Virus record (IMG/VR): IMGVR_UViG_3300026538_000054
Span: 64,285-128,284 of that record
Length of the DNA: 64,000 nt
Direction: 5' to 3' (one strand)
Source: a virus
Below, in pieces: positions 34,875 through 44,504 of this stretch. Numbering within the stretch: the first letter of the stretch is position 1; each line of letters starts with the position of its first letter. The notes under the pieces are model-generated. The model did not search any database, was not told the DNA's origin, and was given only the letters and a program-made list of their open reading frames with translations. The position numbers and the translations under genes are program-made.

Positions 34875-35294
34875 ATGGTCACGAAGAGAGAGCTGCAAGA
34901 AGACGACGTGCGGCGGGCCAAGCTGGCCGAGGAAGCGGCTCGGCGGGCAGAGGAGTGGCGCAAGGGGCAAGGCGACAGGGACCTCAAACGCGCGAAGGGC
35001 CTGCTGGACGGCGAGCTGGGAGCGGCCCTAAAGCGGTTGAATGCTGCGGGCCAAAAGATAGTGAAGTTGAGCGAGAGTATTGTCTGGGAGGCTGACGACA
35101 CCGCTAGCTTCGATCTCAGCGACGATAAGTTCATGCTCGGCTTCGAGCCTCGTCCGAACTACGAGCCGACCCTGGTCTTGATCGAGCACCTTCAAGAGGC
35201 CGGCTTCGCGGTCTTCGTCGAGGCCGTCGAAGAACAGGACGACTACGGACCGGGCACGCAGTTGCTGTACTACCTGGTGATTGACTGGAGGTGA
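34875..35294 (+). CDS. hypothetical protein, tandem paralog 1
   Basis: MVTKRELQEDD...KRAKGL..GELG...HLQEAGF...YYLVIDW. Confidence 0.75.
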   Translation: MVTKRELQEDDVRRAKLAEEAARRAEEWRKGQGDRDLKRAKGLLDGELGAALKRLNAAGQKIVKLSESIVWEADDTASFDLSDDKFMLGFEPRPNYEPTLVLIEHLQEAGFAVFVEAVEEQDDYGPGTQLLYYLVIDWR

Positions 35295-35301
35295 TCTGAC
35301 C

Positions 35302-35760
35302 ATGGTCACGAAGAGAGAGCTTCAAGAAGACGACGCCCTGCGCGCCAGACTGGCCCGTCAGCAGTCCCTGGAGCAGGCCCAGATCTCCGAGGAGTGGAAC
35401 AAGGAGCGAGAGGCAAGGGACCGCAAGCGCGCCAAAGGGCTGGTGAACGGCGAGCTGGGAGAGGCCATCAAGAGGTGGAACGCCGCGGGGCACAAACGGG
35501 TGAAGCTGGAAGAGAACCGCGCCTGGAAGGCCGACGGCGGCGAGATCTACAGCGAGCCGTTCAAGCTCGACTTCGAGCCGCGCTTGCAATACGCGCCGGC
35601 TTCCATCCTGTGCAAGCACCTTCAAGAGGCCGGCTTCGTGACCTTCGTCGAGAAAGTGGCGGAACGGAATTGGGCCACCGTCACTACGGCGGACGGGTAC
35701 GAGTTCGTGGACGCGCCGGGCTGGCATGACCGCTACTACCTGGTCATTGACTGGAGCTGA
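35302..35760 (+). CDS. hypothetical protein, tandem paralog 2
   Basis: same motifs; GGAGG RBS. Confidence 0.75.
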   Translation: MVTKRELQEDDALRARLARQQSLEQAQISEEWNKEREARDRKRAKGLVNGELGEAIKRWNAAGHKRVKLEENRAWKADGGEIYSEPFKLDFEPRLQYAPASILCKHLQEAGFVTFVEKVAERNWATVTTADGYEFVDAPGWHDRYYLVIDWS

Positions 35761-35762
35761 TC

Positions 35763-36335
35763 ATGATCAATGAACTTGCGGAGAAAGAGCTTCTCGAGGT
35801 CATCAGGAGGCGCTGCGTCCTCAGGGGAGACTTCACCCTGGCCTCAGGCGCGAAGAGCAACACCTACCTGGACCTGAGACGGGCCTCCTGCTCCTGGGAG
35901 GCCGCCGAGCTGATCGGCGACGTGCTGTTCGATCGCCTGTCTGAGCCCCCGCCTGACGCCGTGGCCGGAATGGCCTCCGGCGCCATCCCCCTGGTCACCT
36001 CCACGGTACTGGCGGCCAGGCACTTCGCGGCCGGCTACTACGACCAGCCCCTCGAGGGGCTGTGGGTGCGAGAAGCGCCCAAGGACCACGGCTCGTTGTC
36101 GGTGGTGGAGGGCATGTTCACGCCGGGCGACACCGTGGTCCTCCTGGAAGACGTCGCCACCTCGGGCGGCTCCTTGCTCAAGGCCGCCACCGTGCTGAGA
36201 GACATGGGCCTCAAGGTCCTCGCCGCCATCGCCCTGGTGGACAGACAGCAAGGGGCCAACGAGCTGCTCAAGGAGCACGACATCGACTTTCAGGCCGTCT
36301 TCACCCTGGCCCAGGTCCTCGAAGAGGAGAAGTAG
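35763..36335 (+). CDS. pyrE: orotate phosphoribosyltransferase
   Basis: GDFTLASGAKSNTYLDLR, VR..PKDHG, PRPP motif VLLEDVATSGGS, LVDRQQG. Confidence 0.9.
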   Translation: MINELAEKELLEVIRRRCVLRGDFTLASGAKSNTYLDLRRASCSWEAAELIGDVLFDRLSEPPPDAVAGMASGAIPLVTSTVLAARHFAAGYYDQPLEGLWVREAPKDHGSLSVVEGMFTPGDTVVLLEDVATSGGSLLKAATVLRDMGLKVLAAIALVDRQQGANELLKEHDIDFQAVFTLAQVLEEEK

Positions 36336-36338
36336 CCG

Positions 36339-36485
36339 ATGAGCCTTTTCAAGCAGCTTCTGCTCATGGGCGTTGCCATCTCCGTGGTGTTTGTTTTCCT
36401 CGTCGTGATCTCGGCGTTGACCGGGGCCGACCTGACCTTGCTCGCCATGTGCTTGATCGTCGGGCTGCTGATCAGCCGCAGGTGA
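36339..36485 (+). CDS. small two-TM membrane protein (48 aa)
   Basis: MSLFKQLLLMGVAISVVFVFLVVISALTG...LLISRR; below ORF-track cutoff. Confidence 0.5.
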   Translation: MSLFKQLLLMGVAISVVFVFLVVISALTGADLTLLAMCLIVGLLISRR

Positions 36486-36505
36486 GCTGGCACAAAGGGG
36501 TGATC

Positions 36506-36898
36506 TTGAAGACAACGCAGTTCACGCTCAACATCGGCGTAAACGCCGGCTACGGCCATGAGAACCAGGCCGTCGACCCGATGAAGCTGGTGGCGCAGAT
36601 CTGGCAGCGCCACGCGCGCAACCAGTACTTCAATGAGCGCGGCCCGCTGGTAGCGGGGATCGTCTCGCCTGCCAAGACGGTCTATCTTGAAAGCCACGGC
36701 TGCCCGCCCGGTGGTGAGGACACCGTGCTGGTCACCGGGCTTCGCAACCCGGCGTTTAACTCCGACGACAAGTCCTGGCGAGAGGCCGTCAAGGCCATCG
36801 CCTTGGCCGTTGGGAAGGAGCTGAACCAGACGACGGCCTACCTCTCCTTCTCGGAGATCGACTTCCTGTACCTCAAACCATCGGCGCAAGAGGGCTGA
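36506..36898 (+). CDS. hypothetical protein
   Basis: 3' part of ORF 36062..36898 with coding-like composition (YLESHGCPPGGE); start uncertain. Confidence 0.6.
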   Translation: MKTTQFTLNIGVNAGYGHENQAVDPMKLVAQIWQRHARNQYFNERGPLVAGIVSPAKTVYLESHGCPPGGEDTVLVTGLRNPAFNSDDKSWREAVKAIALAVGKELNQTTAYLSFSEIDFLYLKPSAQEG

Positions 36899-36900
36899 TC

Positions 36901-37386
36901 GTGGCAGAGATCAAAGACCAACCACCACCTGTGCCCAACACACGCGAGGCGAGCTGGGACCTGGTCCTCCAGGACATCAAGGACCGCGACAAGATCGGCC
37001 AGGAGCGCTACGGCACTCGGTTACAACCGCTCAACGGCAGAGACACCCTGGTTGACCTGTACCAGGAGCTATTAGACGCGGTTGTTTACGCACGGACGCT
37101 CATCGCGGAAGGTTGGCGAGAAAGGGCCATGGCCGCCGAGCAGAAGTTGGCTGCCAGGTCTTACGTCGGCCCTGTGGCGTTCAGCTCCGACGGCCTCAGG
37201 CAACAACGCATCGCCGCCAAGATGAGCCAGGGCGCCCTGGCTGATCACCTTGAGGTGAGCCGCAATACCGTGATCGCCTGGGAGAGCGGCAAGAGCGAAC
37301 CGTCGGCCTCGAAGCTGGCCATGGCGGCGACCCTGTTTGTCTGTCACATCGCGGACTTCTTCGAGCCGCTCAAGAACGCGCCGTGA
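36901..37386 (+). CDS. fusion of a small all-alpha phage domain and an XRE/Cro-type HTH
   Basis: RDKIGQERYGTRLQPLNGRDTLVDLYQELLDAVVY plus MSQGALADHLEVSRNTVIAWESGKSEP. Confidence 0.8.
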   Translation: MAEIKDQPPPVPNTREASWDLVLQDIKDRDKIGQERYGTRLQPLNGRDTLVDLYQELLDAVVYARTLIAEGWRERAMAAEQKLAARSYVGPVAFSSDGLRQQRIAAKMSQGALADHLEVSRNTVIAWESGKSEPSASKLAMAATLFVCHIADFFEPLKNAP

Positions 37387-37483
37387 CGGTCCTCAACGAC
37401 CCCTGGCTGACTCGTGCCGGCCAAGGGTCGCTTTTCTCTTCGTCTATGCGACCTGACCATTCACTTTCTTCTGGAGAGACCTG

Positions 37484-38422
37484 ATGCTTAACAGGCCGTT
37501 GGTGCTTTATCACGCGGGTTGCTACGACGGCTTTACCGCTGCCTGGTGCGCGTGGAAAAAGCACGGCGATCAGGCCGACTATCTGCCCGTGCAGTACGGG
37601 CAACCGCCGCCTGATGTCACGGACAGGAACGTTGAAGTCCTGGACTTCTGCTACCCGCACGATGTGCTTCAAGAGATGGCCCGGAAGGCCAGGTACATCA
37701 GGGTGCTGGATCACCACAAGAGCCGGGCCAGGGACATGGCCGGTCGGTACTGGGAGGAAGGCGACGAAGAGAAGGACTTCAGCGCCGGGTTCGGCAACCT
37801 GATCTGTTTCTACCACCCGAAGAAGTCCGGCGCCCGGCTCGCCTGGGAGCACTACCAGACCAACAAGGAAGCGCCGTTCCTGGTGGACTTGATCCAGGAC
37901 CGAGATCTCTGGCTCCACGAGCAGCCCTACTCCAAGGAGCTCAACGCCTGGATACGCACGTATGACTTCGACTTCAAGACCTGGAGCTGGATGGCCGACG
38001 GCCTGGTGAGGCCCTGGCCAAGCGCTCACCTGGATGAGAAAGGCACCTCTAGGGCTGGCTGGGCCTGCGCCGGCTTAGCAGTCCAAGCGCGTCAGCAAGG
38101 CCAGGCCGTCCTGCGCGCTCAAGCCCAGTTGGTGGCCAACATCTGCAAGACGGCGAGAGAGGTCTGCATCGGCGGGCATCAAGTGCTCGCCGCCAACACC
38201 TCCTGTCTCTTCTCCGAGGTGGCCGAGAAGCTGGCTGAAGGAATGCCCTTCGGTGCCGCCTGGTTTCAGCGCTCGGACGGCAAGTTTCAGTGGTCGCTGC
38301 GCTCCAGGGAAGGTGGCGTGGACGTATCAGAGGTGGCCAGGGCCTACGGTGGTGGTGGACACGCCGCCGCGGCCGGCTTTGAGACGATAGCGCTTCACCC
38401 TGAGTTGAGGAAGACCTTGTGA
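37484..38422 (+). CDS. DHH/DHHA1 phosphoesterase (NrnB-like)
   Basis: YHAGCYDG, LDF, LDHH, SGARLAW, DRDLW, SLRS, GGGGHAAAAGF. Confidence 0.92.
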   Translation: MLNRPLVLYHAGCYDGFTAAWCAWKKHGDQADYLPVQYGQPPPDVTDRNVEVLDFCYPHDVLQEMARKARYIRVLDHHKSRARDMAGRYWEEGDEEKDFSAGFGNLICFYHPKKSGARLAWEHYQTNKEAPFLVDLIQDRDLWLHEQPYSKELNAWIRTYDFDFKTWSWMADGLVRPWPSAHLDEKGTSRAGWACAGLAVQARQQGQAVLRAQAQLVANICKTAREVCIGGHQVLAANTSCLFSEVAEKLAEGMPFGAAWFQRSDGKFQWSLRSREGGVDVSEVARAYGGGGHAAAAGFETIALHPELRKTL

Positions 38423-39474
38423 CAGAGAAGGAATGGCTGACAACCAAAGACCCGGTCGCGATGCTGACCTGGGCCCGAATCGAGCGCCCGACCTACAGCA
38501 GTTACCGCAGCTACCCGGACAACTGGCGACCGATGAGCGACCGCCAGGTCCGTCTCCTCGGTGTCGCTTGTTGCCGGCAGGTCTGGCAATCCTTGATTGA
38601 CGGGCGCAGTCGCAAGGCTGTACAGGTGGCTGAGCGCTTCGCCGACGGCCTGGCTACGCCGGACCAGGTGAGGATCGCCGGGGCAGGTGCGAAGCGAGCC
38701 TTATACCAGGCCAATCCATTATTCGAGGTCGACCTGCCCATGAGGTGCCTCGGCCCGGTTGGCCAGTTGACGGATAACAACGGCCTGCCTCGCTGGTTCA
38801 GTGTTTCCAACAGCCTAGCCGCGGCCCAGGCTGACCTGATCAGGGACATCGGCGGCAACCCGTTCCAGCCGGTAGAGCTTGAGCCGACCTTCCTTGCCGG
38901 TCGTCGCGGATGCCGTAGGGCCGGCAGTTATTACACGCAGCCGCCGGGCGGTGTGCTTGTTTGTCCGACCTGCGGTGACGAGGCAGTGCTGCACTGGCAT
39001 CCCTGGCTTACCCCTGACGTACGGTCTCTGGCGCAGGCGGCCTACGACGAGCGACCAGGGAGAGAATGCGACAAGTGCCAAGGTTGCGGCAGTTACAAGC
39101 GCATTAGGGGGTTGCCGGCCGCCTGCAACGTCTGCGATGGCGAGAAGTACATTCCTGACGGCCCGCTTAACCCGCACCGACTTGCCATCCTTGCCGACGC
39201 CCTGGAAGAAGCGGGGTGTCCCTCCGTTTGCGAGTCGCCTTGCCCGAGGTGCTCGCCGTACCACGACGATGAGAAAAACCCTTTTCACGAGCCTGGTTAT
39301 CACCCGGAGCGCGACCCGGCCAGCGGCCGCCATGAGGGCGGCTGGACCAATTGCAAGACCTGCAAAGGCGGCGGCGTGGTTCGTGCGGACAACCCTTTGC
39401 TGCAGCACCTCCGCTCACTAGGCCCTCATGTCCGTGGTTGCTGGGTGCTTGATCTTCTCCTTGGAAAGGAGTGA
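38419..39474 (+). CDS. Gemmata-type paralogous family protein with Zn-finger insertions
   Basis: MTEKEWL..KDP, RLLGVACCR, GNPF, LADALEEAGC, HVRGCWVLDLLLGKE; CxxCxGxG inserts. Confidence 0.9.
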   Translation: MTEKEWLTTKDPVAMLTWARIERPTYSSYRSYPDNWRPMSDRQVRLLGVACCRQVWQSLIDGRSRKAVQVAERFADGLATPDQVRIAGAGAKRALYQANPLFEVDLPMRCLGPVGQLTDNNGLPRWFSVSNSLAAAQADLIRDIGGNPFQPVELEPTFLAGRRGCRRAGSYYTQPPGGVLVCPTCGDEAVLHWHPWLTPDVRSLAQAAYDERPGRECDKCQGCGSYKRIRGLPAACNVCDGEKYIPDGPLNPHRLAILADALEEAGCPSVCESPCPRCSPYHDDEKNPFHEPGYHPERDPASGRHEGGWTNCKTCKGGGVVRADNPLLQHLRSLGPHVRGCWVLDLLLGKE

Positions 39475-39480
39475 CTTCTC

Positions 39481-40338
39481 ATGGACGCACGCCTCTGGGA
39501 CGGGACCACGGACCACGTCGCCATGCTCAAGTCGCTCACCATGCCCCTGGCCCCTCGTGAGTCACTTGGCGCGGCAACCAACAGGAAGCTCAGGCTCTTC
39601 GCCGTCGCCTGTCACAGGTCTCTGCCCGGCTTTCTGTCCTGGGCGGACGGGATTGACCCCAAGCAGATCGTCCTGGATGCCGAGCGTCACGCCGAGGGCC
39701 CTTCTCCCGAGGAGAACGCGACGGACGACCTGAACAGCAGAGCGACGGCCACGAGCACCTGGTGCGGTGTCTGGTTTGCCGGCGACTCAGCCTGGGGGAC
39801 GGTGAACTCTCTTGTCCGCTCCACAGGGCTGTTCAAGGGGCCGTTGTCGCCTGTCCGTGCGGCGAGCTTGCTCAGGGAGATATTCGGCAACCCCTTCAGG
39901 CCTTGCGAGGCCTTCAGGGCCGAGTGCAAGCTCTGTGTCGGCCTTGGCCGCATCACCGATGGTTTTTGGCTCGATGTTGAGTGCCCTACCTGCGGCGGGG
40001 TCGGCCTTGTTCGTCGTACGCCTGCCTGGCTTGGCCCCTGTGTGATGGACCTGGCTCGCGCCGTCGGCGAGGAGCGACTTCCCGACGGCGCCTTCGTGAC
40101 GGACCGGCTTTTCGTTCTTGCCGACGCCCTGGAGGAGGCGGGATGCACGGAGTCGGAGTTGCTTTCTCACCTGCGCTGCACGGTCCTCTGTGCCAATTGC
40201 GGCCATGGCGTTTCTCACCTGCTAGACGAGGAACGGAGACTGTACGGCGGCTGCCTGTGGTGCCAGTCCCTGGAGACCATGCCCCACCGGCACTTCCCAG
40301 GCTGCTGGGTGCTTGACCTTCTCCTGGGAAAGGAGTGA
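39481..40338 (+). CDS. Gemmata-type paralogous family protein with Zn-finger insertions
   Basis: RKLRLFAVAC, LLREIFGNPFRP, LADALEEAGC, GCWVLDLLLGKE. Confidence 0.9.
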   Translation: MDARLWDGTTDHVAMLKSLTMPLAPRESLGAATNRKLRLFAVACHRSLPGFLSWADGIDPKQIVLDAERHAEGPSPEENATDDLNSRATATSTWCGVWFAGDSAWGTVNSLVRSTGLFKGPLSPVRAASLLREIFGNPFRPCEAFRAECKLCVGLGRITDGFWLDVECPTCGGVGLVRRTPAWLGPCVMDLARAVGEERLPDGAFVTDRLFVLADALEEAGCTESELLSHLRCTVLCANCGHGVSHLLDEERRLYGGCLWCQSLETMPHRHFPGCWVLDLLLGKE

Positions 40339-41174
40339 CGACCATGGACTCGTCAGCCTGGGAAGACTGCAGCGACTCAGGGGCGATGCTCGATGCCCTG
40401 CTGAGCGCCCATGACCCAAGCGAGAGAAAACTGCGTCTTTTCGCCCTCGCGTCTGCCTACTGGCGCGCGCCTGGCTTCTTCCCCTACGAACAGGCCGAGC
40501 AACTCGCTGAGGGCCGGTTGTCGTACAAGGTTGCCGTTCTCCGCGCACAGGAGTGGCAAGACGGGCGCGACCATACCGTCGTGTGGCGGGAGTCGTACAT
40601 CTTTCGCGTTCGAGCGAAGGACGCCGCCAGTGAGGCCATTCGTTACTGGCGGCGGATATACGGCACCGACGGCCCTCTCGCCGACCTTCTCCGAGATGTC
40701 TTCGGCGACCCCTGTCGGAAAGATCACGTTCACCTGCCCTACCATCGTCGTGTCGAGCTGGTAACGCCGACGGTCCTGTCTCTGGCGCAAGCGGCCTACG
40801 AGAGCAGGCTTCTTGCGCCCTGTCCAGTCTGCAAGGGCACGGGCGGCAGCGAGTACCGGGACTGCGATCGCTGCAAAGCCAGTGGTCAGGTGGACAAGCA
40901 TCATCTGGACCCGGTTCGCCTCCAGGTCCTTGCCGACGCCCTGGAAGACGCCGGTTGCGAAAACGCCATCATTCTGGAGCACATGCGAGGTGCTCCTTGT
41001 CCCTTCTGCAAGGACGCGCTCTTCGACGTTGGTGACAGCGGTAACGCCTTCGGTTTCCCACAGTTGAGGGCCCATGTGGCCAAGCAGTGCGCCTGCAGGG
41101 GGACCAGAAAAGCGCCGCTGTTGCCGCATGCCAGAGGGTGTTGGGCCCTGGACCTGGTACTGGGGAGATCATGA
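40335..41174 (+). CDS. Gemmata-type paralogous family protein with Zn-finger insertions
   Basis: SERKLRLFA, LLRDVFGDP, LADALEDAGC, HARGCWALDLVLGRS. Confidence 0.88.
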   Translation: MTTMDSSAWEDCSDSGAMLDALLSAHDPSERKLRLFALASAYWRAPGFFPYEQAEQLAEGRLSYKVAVLRAQEWQDGRDHTVVWRESYIFRVRAKDAASEAIRYWRRIYGTDGPLADLLRDVFGDPCRKDHVHLPYHRRVELVTPTVLSLAQAAYESRLLAPCPVCKGTGGSEYRDCDRCKASGQVDKHHLDPVRLQVLADALEDAGCENAIILEHMRGAPCPFCKDALFDVGDSGNAFGFPQLRAHVAKQCACRGTRKAPLLPHARGCWALDLVLGRS

Positions 41175-41929
41175 CCGAGCACGAATGGCTGACATGCAAG
41201 CGGCCCAGGAGGATGCTCTATCACCTGGGCTGCGACGAGCGCCACGACCTGTTAGAAGCGCAGACTAACGGGAGGCAACTCAGGCTTTGGTGCGCCGCAC
41301 TGGCCGTGCGCGCGTACGGGCGGGACCGCGCCCTTGGTCCTCAAGGTGGCTACGCCAGTTGGGCCGAAGGCGAGCCCGCGCTGGCTGACCTGGAGGACGA
41401 TGCGGCTGCGCCTCTTCGCATCGCGATTAGTTGGGCGAAGAAGTACAATGGTCACACGAACGTCAGCGACGAAGTCAAGGCCGACCTTCTCAGAGAGATC
41501 GTCGGCAACCCTTTCAGGCCATTCAAGTGGTGTCATCCCAGTACGGGCTGGTCGACCGATGACTTCGACGACGCTCTGCCCGGTTTCGTCCTGTTGGACT
41601 ACCGCTGGCGGACCGAGACCGTGCGAGACCTTGCCAAGGCGGCCTGGGACCATCTTTCTCCTGCCGGCGAGCTGGACACTACCCGACTCGCCGTTCTTGC
41701 AGATGCCCTGGAAGAGGCCGGGTGCGTCGGCAAGAGGTGCCGAACGTGCGTTGGCACAGGCGTCATCTCACAAGAACACCCGTTCGGCGACACCTGGGCC
41801 GTGGAGAGGCTAACGTGTTACGATTGTGCGGGCATCGGGCGTTGGCCACACCCTTTGCTTGAGCACCTTCGGTCCCCTGGCCCTCACGTCAGAGGGTGCT
41901 GGGCGCTTGATCTCGTTCTTCTCTCGTAA
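41171..41929 (+). CDS. Gemmata-type paralogous family protein with Zn-finger insertion
   Basis: MTEHEWL, RQLRLW, LLREIVGNPFRP, LADALEEAGC, HVRGCWALDLVLLS. Confidence 0.88.
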   Translation: MTEHEWLTCKRPRRMLYHLGCDERHDLLEAQTNGRQLRLWCAALAVRAYGRDRALGPQGGYASWAEGEPALADLEDDAAAPLRIAISWAKKYNGHTNVSDEVKADLLREIVGNPFRPFKWCHPSTGWSTDDFDDALPGFVLLDYRWRTETVRDLAKAAWDHLSPAGELDTTRLAVLADALEEAGCVGKRCRTCVGTGVISQEHPFGDTWAVERLTCYDCAGIGRWPHPLLEHLRSPGPHVRGCWALDLVLLS

Positions 41930-41991
41930 GTGACTTCTCCCTTCTCAGGGCATAATCGGGCGTTTGGTGGGTGCCTGGGAGGGAGAAGTCC

Positions 41992-44466
41992 ATGCCGATC
42001 CTGAGTAAGAAGGCCCGTGTTCGCCAGAGCGCTCTGGCCCGCCTCCTGGCCGAGCCGAGGCAGGCCCGTATCAAGCAGGCCGAGGCCGGCGGCTCGCAAG
42101 AAGCAGGCTTCGAGCAGGCCTTCGCCTCTCTGGCTCACACGTATCTCGCCGACAAGGCGCCCAAGCTCCTCGCGTTTGAGCTGGGCTTTCAGCTCATCGA
42201 CAAGAACGATGACGGCACGCGCGCCGCGGGAGCGTTTGGTTTCAAGATCGGCAACCGCTGGGCGCTCGCGCCTGTTTTCTTCCTGGGCGGGGAGCTCAAG
42301 GGCCACGAGCTCCTCTACCTCAAGGACCAGGACCTGTTCGTCCCGCTCAAGGAGCCCTGGGTCAACTACCTGCTCGGCAAGGACGACTCGGCCAAGCTGG
42401 GAGAGGGAGTTCACCGAAACACCTCTCTCATGGGCCTGACGGGCAGCAACATCGCTCAGCTCGTGCGGTCGCCCTACAAGTACGCCAGTGAGTGGCGAAA
42501 GACCGCCGCGCTCGTCATGGCCAGGTCTCTGGGTCGCTCCCCCGCGGAGGCCCTGGAGGGCCGCGGCGATCTCGTCGACTTCATGAAGTCGGCAGGGGAA
42601 GCGGCCGTCAAGCCGCTCCTGGCCATCTGCAAGGCCGTGCCCGCGGCTATCACCGCCCTGGACAAGCACTACGGCCCGCAAGGGCTGGAGCGCCTTGTTT
42701 CTTTAGCTATCGGCAGTGAGAAGAAGGCCCTCTACGAGGGCCATCCCGCGGTCAAGCTCGACGGGCCGGCGATCTACGGGCGAGAGGCGGCGGAGAGCTA
42801 CAAGTACAAGGGCAAGAAGAAGCCGAAAGAGAAGGAGCCTGCGCAAGAAGAGAAACCGCGAAACGTCCTGGACATCATGGCCGAGGGCCGCGGCAAGCAG
42901 GCGGCTGCCCAGGCGAAACCCACCGTCAAACTCAAGGTCTATAGGCCGGGAGGGGCCGCCGTCAGAGACCTGAACTCGGAAGAGAAGGAGAAGCTCCTCC
43001 GGGCCAGGTATCTCATCAAGGATGACCGCGATGACGACGAAGTGGCGACGGCCTTCAACGTCAGTACGCCTCTGAGCCTCGTCAACCCTGATCGGACGGG
43101 CCTTTACGAGGTGCTCATCAAGCCCGACTCCTGGAAGAAGTGCCTGGTGGTGATGTCGCCGCAGAGCTCTTACAGGAGAGAGAACTTCTGCACGGTCGTG
43201 GACCTCGAGAACAAGCGCTGGGTAAGCACGCACCCGTCGCGCGTCTGGACCATTGCCTCCACCACGCTGGAGAGCTTCGAGAAGTGGTGGGAGGGCCTCC
43301 CTGAGATCAAGGACGAGCCGCCCGACGGCGTGACCATGCTGCTCACCAGGGGCGGTCAGGGCACGGTCCCCTTCACCGTTGACGAGAAAACCAGCGACAC
43401 CTGGGAGGTCTGGTGGAGGGACCAAGCCGACCTTCGACGGCCCTATCGACTCAACGACCTGGACCGCTGGGCGTTCAGCAGGCGTCGGGAGATCTCAGGC
43501 CCGACGCCCAACCACGACTGCTGCTGCACCCGCATCCGCCTGACCAGGCGGCCCGGCTCGAAGCTCGGCATTCACGCCGGCGGCGAGCTCTGGGCCCCGC
43601 CCGAGACCAGGGTGCTATCTCTGGCGGACGAGAAGGAAGAGGGCGATGACACGGGCAGCTCGCATCCTCGCCCGCTCGAGCCCGGCGAGCTTGATGAAGT
43701 GCAGGTGCTCCTTCGCGCGCAGACCGAGAAGGTCAAGGTCTCCGAGAAGCAAGGGGCCTACCTGGTCGAGTGGCAGGACAACAAGCCCGTGCGGCTCGCG
43801 AGGGAGGAAGCGATTTGCTACCTGGTGCAGGAGACGGGCGTTCGAGAGAAGGTCGCCTGCGCTCTGCTGGACCAGGTGACCACGGCCGTGGCGGCCACGG
43901 CCTTGATCAAGAAGGCCCGGCCCGACGACTTCGTGGATGGAGCGCCGAGCGCTCCCGGCTTCCCGGACCCGTCCTACGGCTCCGAGCCCGTGATCGGCGG
44001 CACGGTGCCTTCCATCGAGAGACAGGACTGGCGCATCCCGGTCCAGGACGTGCTCGCCACGAAGGGCTCGCCGTCCGACTACGACCCGACCGTCCTGCCC
44101 GACCACTCCGCGCTGCGATCCGTCGCCACGGCGGTGCAGTCGGGCGACAAGGAGATCTTCGACACGGCGGTCATTGGAGGGCTGCTCAAGGCGACGAGGG
44201 AGGACACCCTCATCGATCGCCACCTGCCCGACGTCATGAAGGGGATGAACGCCCTGGGGCGACTCATCCTCTGCTTCTACTGGCATGGAGACCAGTTCGG
44301 CGACCGCTACGGCAAGGGCGACCTGCCCGAGATTGAAGACGGCCTCAGGAACGCCTTCGAGGCGGCCGGGCAGGTGTTCCTGGACCTGAAGAGCAAGAAG
44401 GTGATCTCGGGGCCGGGCGACGCCGGCGGGCCGGGCGACGACCTGGATTACGTCGCCTCGGTGTAG
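41992..44466 (+). CDS. large virion structural protein
   Basis: first gene of the morphogenesis block; many K-x-A motifs; GGGAGGGAG RBS. Confidence 0.7.
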   Translation: MPILSKKARVRQSALARLLAEPRQARIKQAEAGGSQEAGFEQAFASLAHTYLADKAPKLLAFELGFQLIDKNDDGTRAAGAFGFKIGNRWALAPVFFLGGELKGHELLYLKDQDLFVPLKEPWVNYLLGKDDSAKLGEGVHRNTSLMGLTGSNIAQLVRSPYKYASEWRKTAALVMARSLGRSPAEALEGRGDLVDFMKSAGEAAVKPLLAICKAVPAAITALDKHYGPQGLERLVSLAIGSEKKALYEGHPAVKLDGPAIYGREAAESYKYKGKKKPKEKEPAQEEKPRNVLDIMAEGRGKQAAAQAKPTVKLKVYRPGGAAVRDLNSEEKEKLLRARYLIKDDRDDDEVATAFNVSTPLSLVNPDRTGLYEVLIKPDSWKKCLVVMSPQSSYRRENFCTVVDLENKRWVSTHPSRVWTIASTTLESFEKWWEGLPEIKDEPPDGVTMLLTRGGQGTVPFTVDEKTSDTWEVWWRDQADLRRPYRLNDLDRWAFSRRREISGPTPNHDCCCTRIRLTRRPGSKLGIHAGGELWAPPETRVLSLADEKEEGDDTGSSHPRPLEPGELDEVQVLLRAQTEKVKVSEKQGAYLVEWQDNKPVRLAREEAICYLVQETGVREKVACALLDQVTTAVAATALIKKARPDDFVDGAPSAPGFPDPSYGSEPVIGGTVPSIERQDWRIPVQDVLATKGSPSDYDPTVLPDHSALRSVATAVQSGDKEIFDTAVIGGLLKATREDTLIDRHLPDVMKGMNALGRLILCFYWHGDQFGDRYGKGDLPEIEDGLRNAFEAAGQVFLDLKSKKVISGPGDAGGPGDDLDYVASV

Positions 44467-44504
44467 CCCATAGCAGATCGAGTTTTGTTTTCCGGAAAAC
44501 AATC

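Noticed and set aside
12285-41929. Diversity-generating retroelement behind the paralog diversity
   Set aside because: No reverse transcriptase and no template/variable repeat pair with adenine-specific differences seen
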